A DNA stretch of 32,000 nt from Mycolicibacterium smegmatis (GTDB lineage: Bacteria > Actinomycetota > Actinomycetes > Mycobacteriales > Mycobacteriaceae). This document shows positions 9,811-18,325 of the stretch, piece after piece (positions within the stretch are counted from its first letter, which is position 1; every line of letters starts with the position of its first letter). Below the pieces are notes generated by a model that was given only the letters and a program-made list of their open reading frames with translations, was not told the origin of the DNA and did not search any database. The stretch is from NCBI RefSeq assembly GCF_001457595.1, contig NZ_LN831039.1, forward strand, positions 630,001 to 662,000, in the 5' to 3' direction. The position numbers and the translations under genes were made by a program.

Positions 9811-9919
9811 GCTGACAGTTTTGCACAGCCGACTGCAGAAAAGTTGTGCTTAGATGCACTGCACGCACGTGACCTGCGTATTTACCGTGGACTCACATAC
9901 CCGCACAAGGAGGACACCC

Positions 9920-11266
9920 GTGACCATCGCCGAGATCGCCGGTCGGACACTCACCCAGGAACGCCGGCTCGTCACCGCCATTCCCGGCCCGATCTCGCAG
10001 GAGCTGCAGGCGCGCAAGCAGAGTGCCGTGGCGGCGGGTGTCGGCGTGACGCTGCCGGTCTACATCGTCGCGGCCGGTGGCGGCGTGCTCGCGGACGCCG
10101 ACGGCAACCAGCTCATCGACTTCGGCTCGGGCATCGCCGTCACCACCGTCGGCAACAGCGCACCCGCCGTCGTCGACGCGGTGACGCAGCAGGTCGCAGC
10201 GTTCACCCACACGTGCTTCATGGTCACGCCCTACGAGGGATACGTGAAGGTGGCCGAGCACCTCAACCGGCTCACCCCGGGCGATCACGAGAAGCGCACG
10301 GCGCTGTTCAACTCCGGCGCCGAAGCCGTCGAGAACGCGGTCAAGATCGCGCGTGCCTACACCCGCAGGCAGGCGGTGGTGGTGTTCGACCACGCCTACC
10401 ACGGCCGCACCAACCTGACCATGGCGATGACCGCCAAGAACCAGCCGTACAAGCACGGCTTCGGCCCGTTCGCCAACGAGGTGTACCGCGTGCCCACGTC
10501 GTACCCGTTCCGCGACGGCGAGACCGACGGCGCGGCCGCCGCGGCGCACGCCCTCGACCTGATCAACAAGCAGGTCGGCGCCGACAACGTCGCCGCCGTG
10601 GTGATCGAACCCGTCCACGGTGAGGGCGGATTTGTCGTTCCCGCACCGGGATTCCTCGGCGCTCTGCAGAAGTGGTGCACCGACAACGGCGCGGTGTTCG
10701 TCGCCGACGAGGTGCAGACCGGATTCGCCCGCACCGGTGCGCTGTTCGCGTGCGAGCACGAGAACGTGGTGCCCGATCTGATCGTCACCGCCAAGGGCAT
10801 CGCAGGCGGTCTGCCGCTGTCGGCGGTGACCGGTCGCGCCGAGATCATGGACGGCCCGCAGTCCGGTGGCCTCGGCGGCACCTACGGCGGCAACCCGCTG
10901 GCGTGTGCCGCCGCGCTCGCGGTGATCGACACCATCGAGCGTGAAAACCTCGTCGCGCGGGCCCGCGCGATCGGCGAGACCATGCTGAGCCGCCTCGGTG
11001 CGCTCGCCGCAGCCGATCCGCGCATCGGCGAGGTGCGTGGCCGCGGCGCCATGATCGCTGTCGAACTGGTCAAGCCGGGCACCACCGAGCCCGACGCCGA
11101 CCTGACCAAGCGCGTCGCCGCCGCTGCGCACGCGCAGGGCCTGGTGGTGCTGACGTGCGGCACCTACGGCAACGTGCTGCGCTTCCTGCCCCCGCTGAGC
11201 ATGCCCGACCACCTGCTCGACGAAGGACTCGACATCCTGGCCGCAGTGTTCGCAGAGGTGAAGTGA
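9920..11266 (+). CDS. gabT: 4-aminobutyrate aminotransferase (class III PLP aminotransferase)
   Basis: GTG at 9920 preceded by AAGGAGG (9907-9913). FFNSGAEAVENAVKIAR-type motif (ALFNSGAEAVENAVKIARAYTRR), FVADEVQTGFARTG, VTAKGIAGGLPLSAVTGR (PLP lysine). Paired with gabD. Confidence 0.9.
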   Translation: MTIAEIAGRTLTQERRLVTAIPGPISQELQARKQSAVAAGVGVTLPVYIVAAGGGVLADADGNQLIDFGSGIAVTTVGNSAPAVVDAVTQQVAAFTHTCFMVTPYEGYVKVAEHLNRLTPGDHEKRTALFNSGAEAVENAVKIARAYTRRQAVVVFDHAYHGRTNLTMAMTAKNQPYKHGFGPFANEVYRVPTSYPFRDGETDGAAAAAHALDLINKQVGADNVAAVVIEPVHGEGGFVVPAPGFLGALQKWCTDNGAVFVADEVQTGFARTGALFACEHENVVPDLIVTAKGIAGGLPLSAVTGRAEIMDGPQSGGLGGTYGGNPLACAAALAVIDTIERENLVARARAIGETMLSRLGALAAADPRIGEVRGRGAMIAVELVKPGTTEPDADLTKRVAAAAHAQGLVVLTCGTYGNVLRFLPPLSMPDHLLDEGLDILAAVFAEVK

Positions 11267-11268
11267 AC

Positions 11269-12723
11269 ATGAACTACCAGGACGCGATCGCCGGGCTCGA
11301 CGCCAAGCACGGCATCCTCATCGACGGCAACGCCCGCGGCGCCGACGCCACGTTCGACGTGCACGATCCCGCGACGGGCGAGGTGATCGCCGCGGTGTCC
11401 GACGGCTCGGCCGCCGATGCGGTGGCCGCGGTCGACGCCGCACAGAAGGCGTTCGGCGCGTGGGCCGCCACCAGCCCGCGTGAGCGCAGCGAGATCCTGC
11501 GTCGCGCATACGAACTGATCCTCGCCGACATCGACCGGCTCAGCGCGCTGGTGTGCGCCGAGAACGGCAAGTCGCAGGCCGATGCCCGCGCCGAGGTCAC
11601 CTACGCCGCCGAGTTCTTCCGCTGGTTCAGCGAGGAGGCCGTGCGCACCGACGGCGCCTTCGGCAGCAACCCGGCAGGCAACGCACGAACTCTGGTGACG
11701 CACAAGCCCGTCGGCGTCGCCGCGCTGGTAACGCCGTGGAACTTTCCGGCCGCCATGGCGACTCGCAAGATCGCACCCGCGCTGGCCGCGGGGTGCACCG
11801 TGGTGCTCAAGCCTGCGGCCGAGACACCGCTGACCGCCCTGGCGATCGCGGCCATCCTCACCGACGCCGGGGTACCTGCAGGCGTGGTCAACCTGGTGCC
11901 GACCAGCGACGCGGGTGCGGTGGTGTCGGCGTGGCTCGCCGACGCACGGGTCCGCAAGATCTCATTCACGGGGTCCACCGGCATCGGGCGGGTGCTGCTC
12001 AAGCAGGCCGCCGACCGTGTCGTCAACGCCAGCATGGAACTCGGCGGCAACGCACCGTTCGTGGTGACCGCCGACGCCGACATCGCCAAAGCGGTCGAGG
12101 GTGCGATGCTCGCGAAATTCCGTGGCGCGGGCCAGGTGTGCACCGCCGCCAACCGGTTCTACGTGCACGCCTCGGTGCACGACGAGTTCGTCGCGGCGTT
12201 CGCCGCCAAGATCGAGGCGCTGCGCGTGGGCCCGGCCGCCGACCCGGCATCGGAGATCGGCCCGCTGGTCAGTCCGCGCGCCGCGCAGCGCGTGTCCGCG
12301 GCGATCGACGCCGCGGTCGCCGACGGCGCGGTCGTCGCGGCGAAGGCCCCCACGCCCACCGAGGGCTGGTTCGTCGCACCGACCCTGCTGACCGACGTCG
12401 CACCGGACGCGGCGATCCTGACCGACGAGATCTTCGGCCCGGTCGCTCCCGTGGTGGCCTGGGAGGACGAGGACGAACTGCTGCGCTGGGCCAACGACAC
12501 CGAATATGGTTTGGCAGCCTACGTTTTCGCCGGTCGCCTGCAGGATGCGCTGCGGATCGCCGAACGCATCGACGCGGGCATGGTCGGCGTCAACCGGGGT
12601 GCGGTATCGGATCCGTCGGCGCCGTTCGGCGGGATGAAGCAGAGCGGTCTGGGCCGCGAAGGCGCCCGCGAGGGACTGCAGGAGTTCCAGGAGACCCAGT
12701 ACTTCAGCGTCGCGTTCGACTGA
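11269..12723 (+). CDS. gabD: NAD(P)-dependent succinate-semialdehyde dehydrogenase
   Basis: ALDH signatures: TPWNFPAAMATRKIAPALAAGCTVVLKPA, SMELGGNAPFVVTADAD, GQVCTAANRFYV (catalytic Cys). Start is 2 nt after the gabT stop. Confidence 0.9.
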   Translation: MNYQDAIAGLDAKHGILIDGNARGADATFDVHDPATGEVIAAVSDGSAADAVAAVDAAQKAFGAWAATSPRERSEILRRAYELILADIDRLSALVCAENGKSQADARAEVTYAAEFFRWFSEEAVRTDGAFGSNPAGNARTLVTHKPVGVAALVTPWNFPAAMATRKIAPALAAGCTVVLKPAAETPLTALAIAAILTDAGVPAGVVNLVPTSDAGAVVSAWLADARVRKISFTGSTGIGRVLLKQAADRVVNASMELGGNAPFVVTADADIAKAVEGAMLAKFRGAGQVCTAANRFYVHASVHDEFVAAFAAKIEALRVGPAADPASEIGPLVSPRAAQRVSAAIDAAVADGAVVAAKAPTPTEGWFVAPTLLTDVAPDAAILTDEIFGPVAPVVAWEDEDELLRWANDTEYGLAAYVFAGRLQDALRIAERIDAGMVGVNRGAVSDPSAPFGGMKQSGLGREGAREGLQEFQETQYFSVAFD

Positions 12724-12735
12724 ATTCCGGGGCGC

Positions 12736-13104
12736 TCAGTACGGGGTGCTGTGCAGTATCAGGCTGAACAGCAGCAGCACCATGCTTATCAGCGAGACGA
12801 TCATGAGCACACCCACCGCCACGGTGATCAGGCAACTGACGCAGGCGCGCTTGCCGCGCCGTATCCTGGCGAGCTGTTCGTCGTGCCTGAGCTCTGTTGC
12901 GACGAACGCGAATTCGACGTCCGCGAGTTCACCGGCGGCGGCGGGTGCCCCGTCGGCGAGTTCGCGCAGGCGCGTCGCGGCGATGCCCACGCCCACACCG
13001 GCGAACCGCCGACTCAAGCGACGCGCCTGCCACCGGGTCAAACGGTGCCGGCGCGTAGGCGTCGAATACGGCCAGGGTGCCCACCCGCCGCTGTACGCGG
13101 TCAC
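12736..13104 (-). CDS. small membrane protein of unknown function
   Basis: C-terminal hydrophobic helix (CVSCLITVAVGVLMIVSLISMVLLLFSLIL). Competing frames in the same region look like low-complexity shadows. Start codon uncertain. Confidence 0.6.
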   Translation of the reverse strand: MTAYSGGWAPWPYSTPTRRHRLTRWQARRLSRRFAGVGVGIAATRLRELADGAPAAAGELADVEFAFVATELRHDEQLARIRRGKRACVSCLITVAVGVLMIVSLISMVLLLFSLILHSTPY

Positions 13105-13135
13105 AGTGGCTTCAGTCTAAGTCTCTTTGCTCGCG

Positions 13136-13194
13136 CCGAAACGGCATTCCGGCAGGCTTCTTCTCGAAATTTCCCTGCTGGAATGACGTTTCGG
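13136..13194. repeat. Long inverted repeat: CCGAAACGGCATTCCGGCAGG / CCTGCTGGAATGACGTTTCGG
   Basis: 21-nt arms at 13136-13156 and 13174-13194, 19/21 complementary, 17-nt spacer, in a divergent intergenic region. Confidence 0.75.
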
Positions 13195-13254
13195 CGGAAA
13201 GCGGCCTGAAAGTTCCCGCTACACTTACCGTAAACACAACGGTTAGGGGCCGCC

Positions 13255-14481
13255 TTGATCAAGGTCATGCAGGGTGTACGGGTGTTGGAGGTCGCGCAGT
13301 TCACGTTCGTTCCCGCGGCCGGAGCGATCCTCGCCGACTGGGGCGCCGACGTGATCAAGGTTGAGCATCCTGTGCGGGGCGACACCCAGCGGGGCTTCAT
13401 CAACATGGGCGGGTTCCAGCTCGACCCCAACCGGCATCCGCTGATCGAGCATCCCAACCGCGGCAAGCGCAGCGTCGGCATCGACGTGTCCAAGCCCGAG
13501 GGGCAGGAGGTGCTCTACGAGTTGGCGCAGGTGTCGGATGTCTTCCTCACCAACTACATGCCGCAGGCCCGGGAGAAGAACAAGTTCGACGTCGAGCACA
13601 TCCGGGCGGTGAACCCGAACATCATCTACGCGCGCGGCAGCGCGTACGGCGACAAGGGGCCCGAGCGGCTCGCCGGCGGGTTCGACGGCACCGCGTTCTG
13701 GACCCGCAGCGGTGTGGGGCACGCCCTGACACCCGAGGAACTCGGCGGCGCGTTGTCGCAGGGGATCCCCGCGTTCGGCGACTCGATCGGCGGGATGAAC
13801 ATCGCGGGCGGGATCGCCGCGGCGCTGTTCCACCGCGACCGCACGGGCGAGGCGCTCGAGGTCGACGTGTCCCTGCTGTCCACCGCGTGGTGGGCCGCGG
13901 GCGCGAGCGTCACGCAGGGCATGGAGACCGGCGAGACCATGCGTTCCCAGATGCCCGACACGATCGGGCCCACGGTCAACCCGTTCCTGGGGAACTACCA
14001 GACGTCCGACGGCGGCACCATCAACCTGTGCATCGTGAGCCCCACCGGCTACATCCGGGACACTTTCGAGCATCTCGGCCTGGCCGAACTCGCCGACGAT
14101 CCGCGGTTCTGCGACGTGCTGCCGCTCATCGAGCACGCCGCAGAGGCCGCCGAGCGCATCGCCGAGGCGATCCGCAGCAGGCCGTTCGAGTACTGGCGCC
14201 GGCACCTCAAGACCATGAAGGGGCAGTGGGCGCCGTTCCAGAGCCTGGTCGACCTGGCGACCGACGAGCAGGCCATCGCCAACGACATGGTCGTCGAGGT
14301 CGAGGCGGCCGACGGCGGCGAACCGTTCCGCGTGGTGCGCGGACCCGTGCAGTTCAACCATGAACCGCTGGAGACCACGCGCGCCCCGCAGGCCTCCGAG
14401 CACACCGAGGTGGTGCTCATGGAGCTGGGGCTGGACTGGGACCGAATCGGGAAACTCAAGGACGTGGGCGCGATCGCCTGA
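13255..14481 (+). CDS. CaiB/BaiF family (family III) CoA-transferase
   Basis: 408 aa; MQGVRVLEVAQFTFVPAAGAILADWGADVIKVEHPVRGD, KRSVGIDVSKPEGQEVLYEL, DVFLTNYMPQAREK. Confidence 0.92.
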   Translation: MIKVMQGVRVLEVAQFTFVPAAGAILADWGADVIKVEHPVRGDTQRGFINMGGFQLDPNRHPLIEHPNRGKRSVGIDVSKPEGQEVLYELAQVSDVFLTNYMPQAREKNKFDVEHIRAVNPNIIYARGSAYGDKGPERLAGGFDGTAFWTRSGVGHALTPEELGGALSQGIPAFGDSIGGMNIAGGIAAALFHRDRTGEALEVDVSLLSTAWWAAGASVTQGMETGETMRSQMPDTIGPTVNPFLGNYQTSDGGTINLCIVSPTGYIRDTFEHLGLAELADDPRFCDVLPLIEHAAEAAERIAEAIRSRPFEYWRRHLKTMKGQWAPFQSLVDLATDEQAIANDMVVEVEAADGGEPFRVVRGPVQFNHEPLETTRAPQASEHTEVVLMELGLDWDRIGKLKDVGAIA

Positions 14482-14519
14482 GAATTGCGGATTCCTCCGG
14501 CGGATCGAGAACAGACAAA

Positions 14520-14558
14520 CGAAAGGGCTGTCGGACGTGATGTCCGACAGCCCTTTCG
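14520..14558. terminator. Bidirectional intrinsic terminator-like hairpin
   Basis: Perfect 17-bp stem CGAAAGGGCTGTCGGAC / GTCCGACAGCCCTTTCG with GTGAT loop between convergent genes. Flanks GATTCCTCCG (14490-14499) and CGGAGAATC (14567-14575) could extend the stem with a bulge. Confidence 0.85.
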
Positions 14559-14751
14559 CTGTGTTTCGGAGAATCCCGGCGGGTAACGGTCCCGTCTCCG
14601 CCCTGTCACGGGCGTGTCGACGATGTTGCCGGAGGGCCCGGGGGCCCGGTCTCAGCGTGCGGTCAACTGCAGTTGTGAGAGACGGTGCCGGCGGTGCAGC
14701 AGGACGCTCAGCCAACGGATGTCGATCAGCATGGCGGGTTGGCCTTTCTGG

Positions 14752-15201
14752 TCAGGCGCTCTTGACGAGCAGGGGCAGGAGTCGCCGGCGGGCCATGGTG
14801 CCCTCGGCGAAGTGATGCAGAGCGTCGGGTACCGATGCCGTCAGCGGCACACCGGCGTCGTCGTCGTCGAGTTCGGCCAGCACGGCGCCGCTGGCGACGA
14901 CCGCCCAGTCCACGCCCAGTTCACCGCAACGTGCGTCGATGGCGTAGAAGAGTGAAACGGCTTGCGGTGCAAAGCTGTTCACCCCACTCAGATCGAGCAC
15001 GATGGACTTCTCGGGAATGACGAGGCGGCGGACGTACGCCGAGATCTGGTCCAGATTTTCACTGCCGATGGCACCCTTGACCGTCACCACGGTCGCGAGC
15101 TGCCGGTGATGCGCACGCATCGACGCGCCGTCACAGACCACTGCAGGATTGCCGTACCGAAAATGATTGTCCGAAGCCGGGGTGTTGCTCGTGATAGTCA
15201 T
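14752..15201 (-). CDS. STAS-domain protein (anti-anti-sigma-factor-like)
   Basis: VVTVKGAIGSENLDQISAYVRRLVIPEKSIVLDLSGVNSFAPQAVSLFYAIDARCGELGVDWAVVAS is STAS-like. Confidence 0.7.
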   Translation of the reverse strand: MTITSNTPASDNHFRYGNPAVVCDGASMRAHHRQLATVVTVKGAIGSENLDQISAYVRRLVIPEKSIVLDLSGVNSFAPQAVSLFYAIDARCGELGVDWAVVASGAVLAELDDDDAGVPLTASVPDALHHFAEGTMARRRLLPLLVKSA

Positions 15202-15377
15202 GATCAGCCTCCCGTCGTTCTTCGAGCTGGCGGTTGGGCTTCTTCGCTTCAACCTTGAGCACAACGCTAAGGGCGCAATCTAAGGCGGCAGGGTGCCAGC
15301 GTTGAGACTTTGCTAAGAACGCCAGGAACGTACTCGCCGGTAAGGTCCTGGGGCGCGAATGGTGCTGGTGGGGACAC

Positions 15378-15407
15378 TTGACGGCGGATCACGCCGTGGT
15401 CTAGCGT
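15378..15407 (+). promoter_or_regulatory. Candidate sigma-A-type promoter of the L-rhamnose operon (TTGACG - 18 nt - TAGCGT)
   Basis: TTGACG at 15378-15383 and TAGCGT at 15402-15407, just upstream of the palindrome at 15422. Confidence 0.4.
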
Positions 15408-15421
15408 GACCGCCATCACGA

Positions 15422-15437
15422 ATTGAAACGTTTCAAT
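15422..15437. promoter_or_regulatory. LacI-type operator ATTGAAACGTTTCAAT
   Basis: Perfect 16-bp palindrome with central CG, typical of LacI/GalR family operators, 12 bp upstream of the rhamnose mutarotase start. A LacI regulator is encoded at the operon end. Confidence 0.85.
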
Positions 15438-15448
15438 ACGGAGCGAAT

Positions 15449-15793
15449 TTGACTGCCTCAGCCGCACCCACCATGCAGCGCGTCTGCTTCGTCCTCCAGC
15501 TCAGGCCCGAGCGGATGGACGAGTACCTCACGGCCCACGAGCAGGTCTGGCCTGAAATGCTGGAGGCACTGTCGGAAGCCGGGTGGCACAACTACTCGTT
15601 GTTCGTCCGCGAGAGCGACGGACTGGTGGTCGGCTACCTGGAGACCGACGACTTCGCCTCGGCGCAGAAACGCATGGCGGAGACCGACGTCAACGCGCGG
15701 TGGCAGGCCAACATGGCCGAGTTCTTCGTCAGCGACGGGTCCAACCCCGACCAGCTGATGACGCCCCTGTTCGAGTACTTCCACCTGGCATGA
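15449..15793 (+). CDS. rhaM: L-rhamnose mutarotase
   Basis: 114 aa; MQRVCFVLQLRPERMDEYLTAHEQVWPEMLEALSEAGWHNYSLFVRESDGLVVGYLETDDF...FEYFHL. TTG start with GGAG at 15440. Confidence 0.9.
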   Translation: MTASAAPTMQRVCFVLQLRPERMDEYLTAHEQVWPEMLEALSEAGWHNYSLFVRESDGLVVGYLETDDFASAQKRMAETDVNARWQANMAEFFVSDGSNPDQLMTPLFEYFHLA

Positions 15794-15833
15794 CGCCGCC
15801 CCAGATCCCATCACCTGTGAATCGAGGAAACCC

Positions 15834-17165
15834 ATGAAGCTCGGAGCGCGGTCCACCACCGGGTGGCGGGCGACCATCGCGGTCGCGATGTCGAACTACA
15901 TCGAGGCCGGATCGATCATCGCGATCGCCACCAGCCTGGGGTTCTGGCAGACGGCGTTCGGCATCAGCAACTTCGCGGTCGGTCTGCTCGCGGCACTGAG
16001 CGCCAACGCCTTCGGCGCCGCGATCGGCGCCATTTTGGGCGGACCGTTGTGCGACCGCTTCGGCCGCAAGGCCATCTACACCTACGACCTGCTGGTGTAC
16101 ATGGCCGGCGTGCTGCTCGCGGCATGCGCGGTCAACTACGCGATGCTGCTGGCGGCGTTCATCATCACCGGCATCGCGGTCGGCGCGGGTGTCCCCGCGT
16201 CGTGGACCTACATCGCCGAACAGGCACCGTCGGTCGAGCGGGCCAAGCACGTCGGCACCGCGCAGTTGGCGTGGTCGGTGGGCCCGCTGATCGGTTTCGC
16301 GCTGGCGGCCGCGCTCGCGCCGCTCGGCCTGCTGGGCTCGCGGCTGATCTTCATCCACCTCTTCGTGGTCGCGGGCGTCGTGTGGTGGGTCCGCCAGGGT
16401 CTGGCCGAATCGCAGATCTGGACCGACGAGGCCAAGAACGAGACGCAGGCCGAGACGAAGGCCGTGGCCTCCGCGGTCGGACTGCGCGGACTGCGCGGAT
16501 TGTTCTCCAAGCGCGTCAACATCACCGCGCTGCTGTTCCTCGGCGGCATCTACCTGTTCTGGAACACCGTGGCCGGGCAGGCCGGCATCTTCATGCCGCG
16601 TGTGTACGACACCGCGGGTCTGCACAGCCCCGTCGCGCAGAACCTGCTGCAGGTGCTGGTGTGGGGGTGCACGGTCGCGGCCACGTACTTCGGGTTCATG
16701 CGGTACGCCGACCGCGTCTCGCAGCGCCTCCTCTATGTCGGCGGCGCAGCGCTGGGCATCGTGGGCTGGATCGTGCTGGTGGCGTTCACCGACGGCGGCG
16801 TGCCGACCATGCTGGCGTTCGCGGTGCTGTGGGGTGTCTCGGCCGGTATCGGCGCGCAGGCCTTCTACAGTCTGTGGGCCAGTGAGCTGTTCGCGACGCC
16901 GTACCGCGCCAGCGCGCAGGGCGTGATGTTCTTCGTCGTGCGCACCATGACGGGCGTGCTCAGTTACTTCTTCCCGACGCTGCTGGCCGTCACCGGGCTC
17001 ACCGCGGTCGGTGTGCTGCTCGTCGTGCTTTTGACCATCGCGATGCTGATCGGCGCGTTCGGCGCGCCGGCCACGCGCGGCAAGACGCTGCGGGAGATCG
17101 AGGTCGAACGCTACGGCGCCCCCGTGAGCCCGACGGCAGAAGACAAGGAAAGGACCCCGGCATGA
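15834..17165 (+). CDS. MFS transporter, probable L-rhamnose uptake
   Basis: 443 aa; many TM segments; GGPLCDRFGRKAIYTYDL sugar-porter-like loop; embedded in the rhamnose operon. Confidence 0.85.
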   Translation: MKLGARSTTGWRATIAVAMSNYIEAGSIIAIATSLGFWQTAFGISNFAVGLLAALSANAFGAAIGAILGGPLCDRFGRKAIYTYDLLVYMAGVLLAACAVNYAMLLAAFIITGIAVGAGVPASWTYIAEQAPSVERAKHVGTAQLAWSVGPLIGFALAAALAPLGLLGSRLIFIHLFVVAGVVWWVRQGLAESQIWTDEAKNETQAETKAVASAVGLRGLRGLFSKRVNITALLFLGGIYLFWNTVAGQAGIFMPRVYDTAGLHSPVAQNLLQVLVWGCTVAATYFGFMRYADRVSQRLLYVGGAALGIVGWIVLVAFTDGGVPTMLAFAVLWGVSAGIGAQAFYSLWASELFATPYRASAQGVMFFVVRTMTGVLSYFFPTLLAVTGLTAVGVLLVVLLTIAMLIGAFGAPATRGKTLREIEVERYGAPVSPTAEDKERTPA

Positions 17166-18325
17166 GTGCGATCAACGTGCACCCGGCCCTCGACAACCTC
17201 GCGATCGAACTGCCCTCGTGGGCGTTCGGCAACTCCGGCACGCGGTTCAAGGTGTTCGGCACGCCCGGCACACCGCGCACGGTCGAGGAGAAGATCGCCG
17301 ACGCCGCCATGGTGCACCGGATGACCGGTCTGGCGCCGCGCGTCGCGTTGCACATCCCGTGGGACACCGTCGACGACTACGCCGCGCTGGGCGTCTACGC
17401 GCGCGAGCAGGGCGTCGAACTGGGCACCATCAATTCCAACACCTTCCAGGACGACGACTACAAGTTCGGCAGCCTGACCCACACCGACAAGGGCGTGCGG
17501 CAGAAGGCCATCGACCACCACCTCGCGTGCATCGAGATCATGAATCAGACCGGATCGCGCGACCTCAAGATCTGGCTGGCCGACGGCACCAACTACCCCG
17601 GACAGGGCGACATCCGCGGCCGCCAGGACCGGCTGGCCGAATCGCTGGCTGCGATCTACCAGCACATCGGGCCTGACCAGCGAATGGTGCTGGAGTACAA
17701 GTTCTTCGAGCCGGCCATGTACATGACCGACGTGCCCGACTGGGGTACGGCCTACGCCCAGGTCAGCGCGCTCGGCGAACGCGCCGTGGTGTGCCTGGAC
17801 ACCGGGCACCACGCGCCGGGCACCAACATCGAGTTCATCGTCGCGCAGCTGCTGCGGCTGGGGAAGCTCGGCTCCTTCGACTTCAACTCGCGGTTCTATG
17901 CCGACGACGACCTCATCGTCGGGGCGGCCGATCCGTTCCAGCTGTTCCGCATCCTGTTCGAGGTGATCCGCGGCGGCGGGCTCGATCCGTCGTCCGGCGT
18001 CGCGCTGATGCTCGACCAGTGCCACAACGTGGAAGCCAAGATCCCCGGGCAGATCCGTTCGGTGCTCAACGTGGCCGAGATGACCGCACGCGCATTGCTT
18101 GTCGACACCGAGGCGCTCGCCGAGGCGCAGGAGAACGGCGACGTCCTTGGCGCCAACGGGATCTTCATGGACGCCTTCTACACCGATGTGCGTCCGGCCC
18201 TGGCGAAGTGGCGCGTCGACCGCGGGCTGCCGGGGGACCCGATGGCCGCGTACGCCGCATCGGGATACCAGGACACGATCAACGCAGAACGAGTCGGCGG
18301 CACGCAGTCGTCGTGGGGAGCATGA
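17162..18325 (+). CDS. rhaI: L-rhamnose isomerase (RhaI/xylose-isomerase-like TIM barrel)
   Basis: 387 aa; ALHIPWDTVDDYAALGVYAREQGVELGTINSNTFQDDDYKFGSLTHTDKGVRQKAIDHHLACIEI, LEYKFFEPAMYMTDVPDWG, CLDTGHHAPGTNIEFIV. ATGA overlap with the upstream gene. Confidence 0.93.
   Translation: MSAINVHPALDNLAIELPSWAFGNSGTRFKVFGTPGTPRTVEEKIADAAMVHRMTGLAPRVALHIPWDTVDDYAALGVYAREQGVELGTINSNTFQDDDYKFGSLTHTDKGVRQKAIDHHLACIEIMNQTGSRDLKIWLADGTNYPGQGDIRGRQDRLAESLAAIYQHIGPDQRMVLEYKFFEPAMYMTDVPDWGTAYAQVSALGERAVVCLDTGHHAPGTNIEFIVAQLLRLGKLGSFDFNSRFYADDDLIVGAADPFQLFRILFEVIRGGGLDPSSGVALMLDQCHNVEAKIPGQIRSVLNVAEMTARALLVDTEALAEAQENGDVLGANGIFMDAFYTDVRPALAKWRVDRGLPGDPMAAYAASGYQDTINAERVGGTQSSWGA

Noticed and set aside
12746-13209. 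Alternative ORFs 12746-13120 (+) and 12751-13209 (-)
   Set aside because: Compete with the 12736-13104 frame, which alone ends in a convincing hydrophobic helix. The others are Arg/Pro/His-rich.
13227-13243. ACCGT-N7-ACGGT inverted repeat upstream of the CoA-transferase
   Set aside because: Arms of only 5 bp; could be chance. Recorded but not promoted.
17791-18321. N-terminal extension of the aldolase/dehydrogenase ORF
   Set aside because: It is an alternate frame inside rhaI. Homologous sequence starts at 18322.
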